From assembly GCA_964016885.1 (NCBI GenBank), contig OZ024740.1, positions 40,486,001 through 40,550,000 on the forward strand: a stretch of 64,000 nt of DNA, given 5' to 3'. The position numbers and the translations under genes are program-made. Source of the stretch: Eledone cirrhosa. Lineage: Eukaryota. Below the pieces are notes generated by a model. That model did not search any database. It was given only the letters and a program-made list of their open reading frames with translations, and was not told where the DNA came from. Below are positions 1 to 12,089 of the stretch, in pieces; within the stretch, counting starts at the first letter, position 1, and each line of letters starts with the position of its first letter.

Positions 1-64
1 TCTATGTTAGAAACCAACTCTCTCTCTCTATTGGTAAAAATTTATAAAATTATAAAACCAGAAC

Positions 65-251
65 ATACGTACATACGTACATACATACATACATACACAC
101 ATACATACATACATACGTACATACATACATACATACATACATACATACATACATACATACATACATACATACATACATACATACATGATGGCTGCCCCCT
201 CGTTATCGAGTATGGCCATTGCACGAGGAGAAAGAAAAAAAAAAAAAAGAA

Positions 252-325
<74 letters not shown>

Positions 326-458
326 TAATAACAATAACAACAATAATAACAACAACAACAATAATAATAACGACAACAACAATAATAATATACATATACA
401 TATATATATACACACACGCACACACATAAGCATATCTACACACACACACACACACACG
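65..458. repeat. Compound microsatellite block: (TACA)n, poly-A, (TA)n, (CA)n, (AAC/AAT)n
   Basis: Directly visible simple repeats. The six-frame ORFs here are repeat artefacts. Confidence 0.97.
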
Positions 459-3400
459 ATAGCAACTAACAGCGCTGCGATCGAATGTGGCTTTTTAGCC
501 CAGCCAATGATCTAAAATTTCTTGCACAGAGTCGGCAACCAAAACATTTACTGGGAATAGTCGGCTGTGGTTGGAGTTCGTGTACTTTTGCATGTCGCTT
601 GAGCCCTCCTGCTGATTTACATTCTCTACCACATGTTTGGCAAGCATGATGAGTATCATCTCCAACAGCAGCCTGGTAGTCAACCACTGGTCTTACTTTA
701 TGACTGCGAAGATGACTTTCGAGTCCAGCTTTGCTTAGGCAGAGTCTCGCACATACGCTGCATTCCGTCTGGAAGTGCAACAGCAATGCTCTTCCTCACA
801 TCCCGCTTTACTTTCTCGTATGCGATTCGAGATGCCTCAAAGGCAACTTTTCCCTCATTTATTACGATCAGCAGCAATATTCTTCCATGTATCAGCAGAG
901 ATGTTAGCGTCTTTCAGAGAGGCTTTCAAGGAATCCTTATACCTCTTTTTTGGTTTATGTGGCGGTCGTTTTCCTTTAACCAACTCTCCATAAAAGAGTT
1001 GTTTTGGTATTCTAGAATCCTTCATCCTGGCAAGGTGACCATTCCAACGGAGTCGTTGCTTAAGCACAAGAGCTTCTATACTGTCACACATAGAGCTTTC
1101 CAAAATCTCGACATCACTGATGTGGTCCCTCCAGTGAACGCCATGGATCCATCTGAGACACATCTGATGAAAACGCTCCAATTGCTTAAGGTGGTGTCGA
1201 TATGTGACCCAGGTCTCGCAGGCATAAAGAAGACAAGAGAGCACACATGCCCTGTACACCTTTACCTTTGTCCTCCTGCATATGTCTCGCCGACCCCAGA
1301 GTCGCCTTTCTAGCTTTCCGAAAGCATCACTTGCTTTCCTAATCCTAAGTGAGATTTCACTGTCAAGGTTGCTGTATCGATTGACAGTGCTTCCCAGGTA
1401 GACAAACTGATCAACCACTCAAAGTCGTTTGCCATACACATAGATGTTTGGTTCAGTGTACTGCTTACCAGGGGCAAGTTGGTACATGACGACGGTTTTC
1501 TTGAGACTGACAGTCAATCCTAGGGCAGTGCAAGCGTCAGAAAATGCATTCAAAATGTGCTGCATATCACTCTCTGTGTGCGCTACAAGATCGCAATCAT
1601 CTGCATACAAGAGGTCTCTTATGATTGATGTAAATACTTTTGTCTTCGCAGCAAAGGGCCTGATGTTAAATATGCTGCCTGAGGTTCGATATCGGATGTA
1701 AACACCATGCTCGCAATTCCTGAATGCAATACAGAAAACCATTGCAAAGTATATGGCAAACAGGGTCGGTGCTGGAATATCCCCGTTTCACTCCATTTTT
1801 TACTGAGATAGGCTCCGACATGTTACCCCCAACATTAACCCAAGCCTTCATATCATCATGGAAAGACCTAACTAAAGCAAGGAACTTATCAGGGCAACCA
1901 AGTTTCTGGAGAACCTTCCATAATGCATCTCTGTTAACAGTATCGAAAGCTTTTGTCAGATCGACAAAAACCTGATACAGATCCAAGCCTTGTTCCATGC
2001 ACTTCTCCTGGAGCTGTCTAGCTGAGAAGATCATATCAGTAGTGCCGCGTCCAGCACGAAAACCAGATTGACTTTCAGGAAGAACAAAATCTGCAATGTG
2101 TGTCAGCAAACGGTCCAGAAGCAATCTACATAAAACTTTCCCTACGACAGAAAGCAATGATATACCTCTGTAGTTCCCACAATCGTTCCTGTTACCCTTT
2201 CCCCTGTACAAAACCACCATTACTGCATCTCTCCAGTCCTCAGGTACGGATTCATTAGCCCATATCCTGCCAAACAAAGAGTGAAGATGTTGCAGGAGTC
2301 TCTCACCACCATATTGTAGGAGCTCAGCATGTATGCCATCCATACCTGGAGATCTTCCACTGTTCAGCTTCGAAATAGCCACTGCAACCTCCACAAGCGT
2401 CGGAGGTTCTGCGAGAGCTACTTTCACAGGACTTTCTGGAATGAGATTGAGGAAATCTTCACTGAGGACAGACGGCTGATTCAAAAGATCATCAAAGTGC
2501 TCTCGCCACCTTCGTAGAATTCCTTGTGAGTCACGAAGAAATTCTTTCTTTGCCATCCTTGCTGCGAAGCGGTGTCACCAGAGAAGAAGACGGTCCATAA
2601 ACCTCACGCAAGAGACTGTACAACAGCTTTGTGTTATTGGAATCAGATGCAGTTTGTATCTCACCAGCCTTCTCACTCCACCACTGATCCTTCATCTGAG
2701 AAAGACTCCGCCTAACACGTGATTTTACATCCCTGAGTTCCTCATGCAACGTATTCCTCTCCTGTGGTTTTGCCGTCAAGTAGCGTGACAGAGCACGCCT
2801 CTTATCAGCCAACAAGTCTTCTATATGTACATCATTCTCATCAAACCAATCCTGATGTTTCTTCTGCGCCAATCCCAGAACACGCCTGCCTACATCATAA
2901 ACCGACTTTTTAAGGGTCGGCCAATCCTCACCAAGATCTGCAGCCTGCATCTCTTCTTCCAATGTCCTCTTCACATTTTTATCCTTAAGACGAGCAGCAT
3001 TCAATCTTTTGGGCAGGGCAACACCAGGAGCCCGGATTTTACGTTTAGTGATTAGTTTCACTTTTGCGCGTACCAGGCGGTGGTCCGTCCAGCATCAGCT
3101 CCACGAAGAACACGAACACACTGCACATCCTGTCTGCCACACATCCTGACTAGGACGTAGTCCAAAAGATGCCATTCCTTAGATGCAGGATGCATCCATG
3201 TGGTCTTGAATTTGTTTTTTTGTTGGAACATGGTGTTGGTAACACACAGATCCAGCTCCTCACACATCTGCAGCAGGAGTATACCATTGCTGTTATACTT
3301 TCCCACCCCATGCCTTCCGATTACATTCCATGTGTTAAAATCCCTATCCACTCTAGCATTAAAGTCACCAAGCACGATGACTTTGTCTGCCTGAGGGATA

Positions 3401-4016
3401 TTTCTTAAAACACCTTTCAAGGCATGGTAAAAGGACACCTTTTCCTCATCGACAGAACTCATAGTTGGAGCATACACACTCACCAGGGTAGCATATCTTC
3501 CCTTGTCCAGCGGAACTCTCATGGACATAAGACGCTCACTAATCCCTACTGGGAATTCTTCTAATTTGTTCACAAGCACAGTCTTAACAGCAAATGCTAC
3601 CCCAGCCTCTCTTCTGGTTCCTTCATCTCTTCCTTTCCAGAAGAATGTATATTCTCCACAAAATTCCGTAAGATGACCATCTCCAGCTAGCCTCGTCTCA
3701 GATAAAGCTACGATGTCAAGATCGTAACGTCGAAGCTCCTTTGCAACAAGAGCGGTCCTTCGTTCAGGACGCCCCAAGGAATCCCTGTCAAGCAGCGTCC
3801 GTACGTTCCAGCAGCCAAGACTAAATGCCTTGTTTGGCTCTATTACAATGGCACGATGACGAGCGGGCCCAGGCTGTAATAACCTGGGCCCCTGCCCTTA
3901 TTTCCAATGATCTTTTTTGTTCCAGAACCTAAATTGCCAATTATCTCTTTTATATTGTTCTGGAACATCATTGAATTGGGGAAAAAAAAAAAAAAAAAAA
4001 AAAAAAAGTAATAATA

Positions 4017-4061
<45 letters not shown>

Positions 4062-4350
4062 GTACACTATTAATAATTATTAATGCACTCGTGCAATGCC
4101 TGTGCGTGACGAATATTATTAAAGTGAGGAAAGACTGTGCACTGAGCCAATCCCACTCTCTGAGCGACAATAGCTATAACCCGAAAAGAAGAAAAGATCA
4201 ACATCATCGGTAATTACTGAGCCGCAGGTTTTATGTCGGAGTTAACCCAGTTTCCTGAGATGCCTTCTCCTAGAAGAATGCCCTGACAAGGGCTAGGGGT
4301 TCTTCACTCCCAGTGGTTTAACTGCGCGATCGGGCATCCAGCCCGATTAT
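184..4350 (-). mobile_element. RTE-clade non-LTR retrotransposon, near full length, frameshifted
   Basis: APE endonuclease (CWNVRTL just upstream of the ORF; ALSETR, VYAPT, GDFNA, LDYVL; ~3058-3830), RT (SPGMDG, YRGISLL, QSGFR, DLTKAFD, LLYADD, FVYLG; 855-2556) and RTE-type C-terminus (RLRWNGHLARM). The 5'UTR at ~4085-4350 carries the CTAGGAGAAGG motif. A 3' stem-loop and (TATG)n tail lie at 184-230; assigning that tail to this element is inferred because microsatellites intervene. Confidence 0.88.
466..786 (-). pseudogene. C-terminal segment of RTE ORF with three C2H2 zinc fingers
   Basis: CSVC...HLRSH, CQTC...HAKVH and CRLC...HIRSQ (last His lost) directly downstream of the RT C-terminus. 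Confidence 0.8.
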
Positions 4351-4720
4351 TTCTATGTCCCCGCGCGCAAAAAAAAAATATATATATATAAAATAAAATA
4401 AAATAAAAAAATAAATAAAAATCACTTATTGACACTTATACGTACGACATACACACACGCGAATACATATGCGCGCACACAGCAACACTAATACATACAA
4501 ACAAACACACACACACACATATATATATATATCTTCTCCCCATTTTTTCACATATATATATATATATATATATTACCATCATTACTGATACAAGATTACA
4601 AGATTATGTCAACTGTTGACTTTCAAGAGTTTGTATAGTTGAAGCCGATCGTACTACAGTCCAGTATTATTATAATTGCTTTACAGCATACATACATACA
4701 TACATACATACATACATACA

Positions 4721-7700
4721 TAACAAAGTATTATATGAAACATACAAACAATCTGAACCCCAAAAGTTCGGTTTTATGCAAAGGCTAAAAACTTTATGGA
4801 ACTCCAAACACCCAGAATTAGACTTTTCTCCAAAGCATTTAAATGAACAGGCAAAACGTATCATTAGATGTAAATTGATACATCTAACGGAATTGAGTGA
4901 TACTACAAATACAGCCCTTGTAGACAACCACCCCACCTCCACTGACAGACAAAGAGAATGGCCAGCTAAATCTAACAGTGAACAGCTCACCAACAATTTT
5001 GCTGAAATCCATCCCACTTCCACTGAAGAACAGCGAGAAAGGTCAGCTAACTCTAGTAGTAATTGTCACCACATCAACAACGAGGCTGAAATTCATGCCT
5101 CTACTGAACAAACAGAGCACCAAAAACTTGTGGACACCCAACAAGTGATATGGAACAATATGTTTCAAGAGATACACAGCCTTAATGTGAGTGACAGACC
5201 ATACAACACTAGAATCAGTAAAGAACCCACTAAATTGGAATTGGAAGCGGTGAACGAAATAGCTGGCAATTATCTGAAGGCTATACGATCTAAAGGTGTA
5301 GAAACGACATTTGAAACGCTTAATGTTTTGTTATATGTTTCAGCTGTCACATTGCTATCATATAACACACATCTAAAACCACGCAATCAAGATACAAACA
5401 GAAAGCCTGAACCAGCGTGGATGCGAAATTTAAAAACCAAAATGTTGTCCCTGAGACGAAGTATCTCACACATCGCAGTCGTTATGAAATGCAACATAGA
5501 GAGCAACTTCACACGACACCAGGAAGACCTAAAGAAAAAGTTAGAGAGACGATTTGGAGATACAAAATTTAAAACTTTGAACTCCAAATTACACCAGTTG
5601 AAACAACAACTCACAGCTACAACAGAAAGACTAAAATATAAGTCAACAGCACATAAACGACAAGTGCTAAATAGATTGTTTGCCAGAGATCCTAAATCAG
5701 TTTATCGCAGCTTCGGTGGCAAAAGCTCAATCCCTGTAAACGACACCCCTTCAAAAGAACAGGTTGAGAGCTACTGGAGATCTGTATGGGAAACGGATGA
5801 CGGATTCAACAGACAAGCTAAAAGAACTGGAACAGGACTACTGCCAACATGTCCAGACAAAACAATATGACATAGATGGGTCAATACTGGAAACAGCTCT
5901 ACAGAAAATGTCGAATAGGAAATCGCCAGGCCCAGACCTCATTACAGGATACTGGTTGAAGAATTTCACTTTCTATCGGCAAGATCTCATACGGCTGTTT
6001 ACAGAAACCATTAAGGGCACACAAGAACTGCCCAGATGGTTATCAACTGCCACTACTCTCGTCATTCCCCCAAATAGCCAAACCACCCTTGCTAAAAATT
6101 ACCGCCCAATTGCCTGTCAAAACATCATGTATAAATTATATACTGGGTGCCTTAACCTGTTCTTACAGGATCACTGTGCTACCAACAACATCATAACACC
6201 TGAGCAAGCTGGTGGAAAGAGGGAGGTGTGGGGTTGCATAGATCACCTACTAACTAACAAAATGATTCAGGAAAAAACAACAAAGAATCGCAGAAACATG
6301 ACTGTCGTGTGGCTGGACTATCAAAAAGCATTTGATAGTGTACCTCATGGGTGGATTATTAAGACTTTACAGTTAGCTAAAGTCCCACAACCATTGGTAG
6401 CTGCTGTTGAACGCCTGACCAAGAACTGGTACACCAATCCTTAGAGATGAGAAGGAGCAGGTTAAGACTGATAAGATACATTACCAGAAGGGCATCTTTC
6501 AGGGTGATAGCTTGTCAGTGCTACTCTTCGTTCTCTCAATGAATCCACTATCTTACCTACTCAGGAAACAAGGTGGACAAAGAAGTGGGCCCAGAAGTAT
6601 CTCCCATCTTTTCTTTGTTGATGACCTGAAGTTGTATGGGCCAAATATCAATGACATCAAGAAACAATTGGACCTCATTACACAATTTTCAACCGACATC
6701 AAAATGAAATTTGGTGAGTCCAAGTGTGCATATTTGGCAGTAAAACGTGGAAGAGCTGTGCCCTCCTCTAGAAATCTAGAGATGAACGGCCTGACAATAC
6801 AACCTCTGCAGTCAGGTGACAACTACAGATATCTTGGACAGGATGAGAATGTCAGATATGATGGACCCATAAATAAGGAGAGAACCAGAACTGAATACCT
6901 CAGAAGAGTAAAGAAAATATGGTCATCAGAACTGTCAGCATACAACAAATACATTGCCCACAATACTTATGCTGTGCCAATTCTAACGCCAACATTTGGC
7001 CTGCTGAACTGGTCATTGCAAGAACTAAGTGAGATGGATGTTAGAACTCGAAAACTTCTCAGTGTTACTGGGAACTTTAACATCAATGGTGATGTGGATA
7101 GGCTATACTTCTCACGCAAGGAAGGTGGCCGGGGTCTAAAATCAATATTAACAACATATGAGACCAGGATAGTAACACTGAAGCAACACCTTCAACAGAG
7201 GAAAAAGGTTGGCAACCATCTTGCCCAGGTTTATGAGCATGGAAAAAAAATATCATTAGAATAGCGACTGATCTGGAGGAGAGATATGGAATAAAGCCTG
7301 ATATAAATCTCTCACCCAGAGAAATCAGAAGATCCTATTCAATGTTCAAACAAGATAAACAAATTGACCAATTTACAGAAAAAGTTGTGCATGGATACTT
7401 GAGGCGTAAAACACAGACCATAGAGGGGATAAACCACTCAAAAAGCCTGGCATGGAGTTCCGACAGGTTTATGACATCACACCTTGAGGGATATCTCTAT
7501 GCAATACAGGAACAAGAACTCCCTACCAAATATCTGCTGCACAAAAGAGGAGGGCCAGCAGCTGACAATAAATGTAGGCTATGTAAAACAAAGATCGAGG
7601 ATGTAAGCCACATTGTTGCCAGCTGCGAAAGAATGTCATCTCGCTACTACCTCCCTATGAGACACGATGGGATAGTTAGAACCATCTGGAACGCACTTCG

Positions 7701-8225
7701 GAAAACAAAATTAACAACAAACGAGGAAGAATATATTGAGACAGATGACACTAAGGAATACTGGTGGAACCTGAAAATAAAAACTGCCACCAAATTAAAG
7801 CACAGCCGGCCTGATATTGTTGTTTGGGACCACACATTGAAAACGTGTTCTGTTGTGGAGATCAGCTGCCCACTTGATGTAAACGTTGTCAGAAAAATAC
7901 AGGAGAAGGAGGACATCTACGGACCATTGATGAGGAGTTTACAAATCCAGTATCCAAGATACACCTTTAGCTTCATACCCATCATTATTGGAGCTACGGG
8001 TTATATACCAACCCGCTTGGACCAAAGTATGACTGAACTTGGATTTGCGGACAAAAAGCGCAGCTCCCTAATTCATAGTCTACAAATGGCTGCGATAGCT
8101 GGCACCTTCAAAATTTGCAAAACATTCTTGCGATTCAAGGGATGACAATTTCTTTTCTTTTACAACCTTGCCACCAGGAAGGTGGCCGGTCAAAAAAATA
8201 TACTCGAAATTAAGAGAAAGAGAAA
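4721..8225 (+). mobile_element. R4/Dong-like non-LTR retrotransposon with restriction-like endonuclease, frameshifted
   Basis: ORF pieces 4776-5870, 5764-6444, 6512-7264 and 7342-8145. RT motifs SPGPD, YRPIAC, LDYQKAFDSV, GDSLS, HLFFVDDLKL, YRYLG. CCHC (CRLC...H...C), RHD, RPDIVVWD and EISC RLE motifs. (TACA)n on both sides. Confidence 0.9.
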
Positions 8226-8271
8226 ACATACATACATACATACATACATACATACATACATACATACATAC

Positions 8272-9860
8272 AGTAATCTCTATAGTTTGCCAAAAGTACA
8301 TAAACATAAATTAATTAATGAGACATGCAGAATGGCAAAAACCAATTGTGATAATACACCCATACCAACTAACTTAAAACTAAGACCTATTGTAGCAGGC
8401 CAAATTTGCAAAACACACCAACTAAGCAATTTCTGGGACATTTTATTGAAATCTCTTCTTAAACACATTCAGAATTTCATATGAGAAGATTTACATTTTC
8501 TCAACCATTTACTCATTAGATGTTGTGAGCCTATACAGTAACAGTCCACACAATTACGGAATTGAAGCCATCAAATACTGGCTAAACTCATTCCCTTATG
8601 AACTACCAGACCACTTCAATAAGAATTTCATCGTAGATGGACTTGAATTCGTTTTAAAAAACTTAGCTTACCAACAGAAATCAGGAACAGCCCTGGGGAC
8701 AAAAGTTATGTCAACATATGCCAACCTAGTCATGGGATACCATGAATTACAAATTTACAAAAGAAAACAGAACAAATTTATGAGAATAATTTCAGTGACC
8801 ACATAAAAGAAAACTGGAAGAGGTACTTGGTCAACTGCTTCATATTGTGGAGAGAGAATCTTGACTAAGACATTCCAAACTCTCATCAATGATATAAACC
8901 AGAATATCCAATTCACTATGGATTTTAGTAATACAAAACTTCCAATTTTAGATATCCTAATGACAAAAAGAAACAGAACATTAGAAATTGACATATATTT
9001 CAAACCGACTGACTCCCAACAATACCTCCTCTTTACATCTCATCCATCACATACCAGCATCCCTTTTAATTTAACCAAGCAAATCTGTACAAAAGTCTCA
9101 AGCCTAACAACCAGAGACCACAGACTAGAAGAGATTAAAGAAATACTTATCAAGAGAAGATATCCTCAGAATTTAATCAACAATAGTATCCAAAAAGCAA
9201 GTCAAATCAGTATCTAAACTCTCCAAGAAACAAAAACAAAACAAGAAAAAAAGATCATACCATACATTTCAACTTCCAGCCCAAAGAACACAGAGAGATA
9301 CACATATACAACTAAAATTACCTATCTTACTAAAGGATAAGAAAATGAAAAACATCTTACAAAAACACCTAATTATAAAAAGTAAACGACAACCAAATCA
9401 CTATAAAAGATATTAACGAATGCAAAACTGCAAACCTTCACTAAAGAACCTGAAGTAAAAAGGAGCAATCGACCTTACTGCAGAGTACGCAACTATCTGT
9501 TAGAGGTAACGAATTTAATTTCAAAGACAGTCCTAACTTTAAAATTGAAAATGACTTCTCTTACAACTCAGAGAATCTAATCTAATAAACATTATAACGT
9601 GTAAAGGCTGCCATGAACATTATATTGGACAAACAGACACTTCGCTCCAAAGATGAATGACAGTTCACCATCAACAAATCAGGTACCCACACACCAGAAA
9701 GATCCCTCTAAGCCAACATATAAAGGAATGCGGAGGATGAATTCTGCCAATTTTCGATGTCTTGCTATTCTAACAGTGTAGTGAAAATTTTACTCAGAAA
9801 AAACATATTAACAAAGAAAAATTTTTCATATGTCAATTCCAACCAAAACTCAATTTGTTT
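8272..9860 (+). mobile_element. Decayed Penelope-like element (RT + GIY-YIG)
   Basis: LYSLPKVHK, LRPIVA, SLYSN, YQQKSGTALGT, YANLVMG, IQFTMD, LPILDI, IYFKPTDS; GIY-YIG remnant CKGCHEHYIGQT at ~9600-9640. Many stops and frameshifts. Confidence 0.85.
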
Positions 9861-10215
9861 ATACACTTAAATTGTTTTACACACTTAAAAAAAAGCCTGA
9901 ATTACGTCTCTTGTAATGAACCATATTCTCCTCGATATAAGCAAAGATAAAACCAGTTGGGTCCTTTGTGCTCATCAAGAGCACAAAGGACCAACCACAT
10001 GAGATAAACATAAATGAAAACCATTTTTTGAAAGACTGTAACGAAAATCTTTTGAAAAGGCTGTAAACACAGCTGAAACCGGTGAAAGTAAACAAAAATA
10101 TATAAATAATCATGAAATTACTTGACACATGAATACAGAAACCTTCTAAATAACCAAAAGGTCAGTCATTGCATTTTTCATTTTTCAAACCCTATTATCC
10201 TTATATATATATGTG

Positions 10216-10285
<70 letters not shown>

Positions 10286-10315
10286 AGATCAAAAGATGGT
10301 TAAAAGAGTTCCAAG

Positions 10316-10386
10316 TATTTTATTATGCGCATTTCAAAAACAAATATCATCATGGGATGATATCTGCGTTCTCATCAGATAAAATA
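10316..10386 (-). ncRNA. Type I hammerhead ribozyme, Penelope-type with palindromic stem III
   Basis: Minus strand reads TATTTTAT-CTGATGA-[GAACGCAGATATCATC ccat GATGATATTTGTTTTT]-GAAA-TGCGC-ATA-ATAAAATA. Stem I is a perfect 8 bp, the core is intact, the triplet is AUA and ATGCGCAT is a palindrome. Confidence 0.8.
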
Positions 10387-11003
10387 GGGATACATGATAT
10401 GAAGCTTAAAAAACACATGTGAATAGTGAAGTTTTAAATCAACATATGAAAAATAAATTAAGATTGATGTATGAGATTTGGAAAAAGTGAGGGGGTGGGG
10501 TGGAAAAGGTAAGGAAGAGGAAGAGATGAGAGTAATATCTAATACCTTACTAGTTTAAAATCCTTTTTCTCAAATGCTTATATATCTCTTACAAATATAC
10601 CCATCTTTCTACCTTATTTCAATATTATTTATTATATATTAAATAATACAATTTACTCATTCTATATCATTCCTCTTTATCATTTTCCTTTCTTCCTCTT
10701 TTCTTTTTAATTTCTAACCTCTAATCTGTACCTTACACATTTTTCAATTCTTATTATTACTCACCACATTATCCATTCTTCCATCTTTCCTCATATCATT
10801 AGCCATAAAAATTATTATTTTTTTAATATATTATAGTATTACCATTAGAAGTCCTTCGTAAACATAATTTTTTTGACGTTAGATTTTTTCTTCCTTAAAT
10901 TTCTCTTATCTCACCCATCCTTTCATGCTCGTTTTAAACTAATACTGATTTGACTTTTACATATTACAATACATAAAAACAAACTTAAACCCTAACTAAT
11001 TTC

Positions 11004-12075
11004 GGCGATATCCAATTTTAGCTGCATAAATGCCGCTTACTTGCTGCAGTTGCTGCTTACTTCAATGTATGAGGCTATTCCAACAAATTTACATTCCCCC
11101 TTTTTTTAGCCGTTAAAACAAATATAGATTTTTTATTTTTTATTTTTTTTCGATTTATTTGCCACTGGGGCATAGATTTCTTTATTTGCCCCTTTTTTGT
11201 TTGTTTGTTTTTTTGCGATTTATTAGCTTTTGGGGTCACACACACCCCCGTAGAAAGTGTGCGACCTTTCTGCCAGGGAGCACAGAGAGAGGGGGTGCTC
11301 CCTTCTTCTCTTACCTGTACAAGCCGATATAGAGAGATGGCCCACTTACACGGGCTATTATTGCTACTTTCACCCATCTTTCATGGAATTGGCTGGGACT
11401 GAGTGCCTTTTTCTCCACCTTGATCCTTCTTTCGAAGTGGTATCGGAAGAAGAGGACCATTTGTTGGCCGGCGACATATTCCCACAGTTTCCTCGTTGCA
11501 AACGCATCTGGGACATTTCTTGTCCCGGAATCCGTGTCTGTAGAACCTTTCCCGAACGGGCAGGGCCCCTCGGTATAATAGTAAGTATTAGTGGTTGTAA
11601 TAAAAATGCAATCAAAATGTAATAAATGGTCCTCTTCTTCCGATACCACTTCGAAAGAAGGATCAAGGTGGAGAAAAAGGCACTCAGTCCCAGCCAATTC
11701 CATGAAAGATGGGTGAAAGTGGGCCATCTCTCTATATCGGCTTGTACAGGCAAGAGAAGAAGGGAGCACCCCCTCTCTCTGTGCTCCCTGGCAGAAAAGT
11801 CGCACACTTTCTACGGGGGTGTATGTGACCCCAAAAGGCTAATAAATCGCAAAAAAACAAACAAACAAACAAACAAACAAACAAAAAAGGGGCAAATAAA
11901 GAAATCTATGTCCCAGTGGCAAATAAATCGAAAAAAAAAAAAAAAAAAAATCTATATTTGTTTTAACGGCTAAAAAAAGGGGGAATGTAAATTTGTTGGA
12001 ATAGCCTCATACATTGAAGTAAGCAGCAACTGCAGCAAGTAAGCGGCATTTATGCAGCTAAAATTGGATATCGCC
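11004..12075. mobile_element. Foldback MITE with ~460 bp TIRs and 8 bp TSD (Merlin-like termini)
   Basis: Termini GGCGATATCC...GGATATCGCC. Arms ~11004-11462 and ~11625-12075. TSD CTAATTTC at 10996-11003 and 12076-12083. Superfamily assignment rests only on GG/CC ends and TSD length. Confidence 0.85.
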
Positions 12076-12089
12076 CTAATTTCTTTTAA

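Noticed and set aside
4-515. Multiple overlapping ORFs (HT/YI/CV/N-rich)
   Set aside because: Translations of microsatellites. The same applies to ORFs at 46772-48077 and 50351-53467.
466-786. Host C2H2 zinc-finger gene
   Set aside because: Collinear with and directly downstream of the RTE RT C-terminus, and lacks TGEKP linkers.
11075-11973. ORFs on both strands of the foldback element
   Set aside because: They mirror each other because of the inverted repeat and show no transposase motifs.
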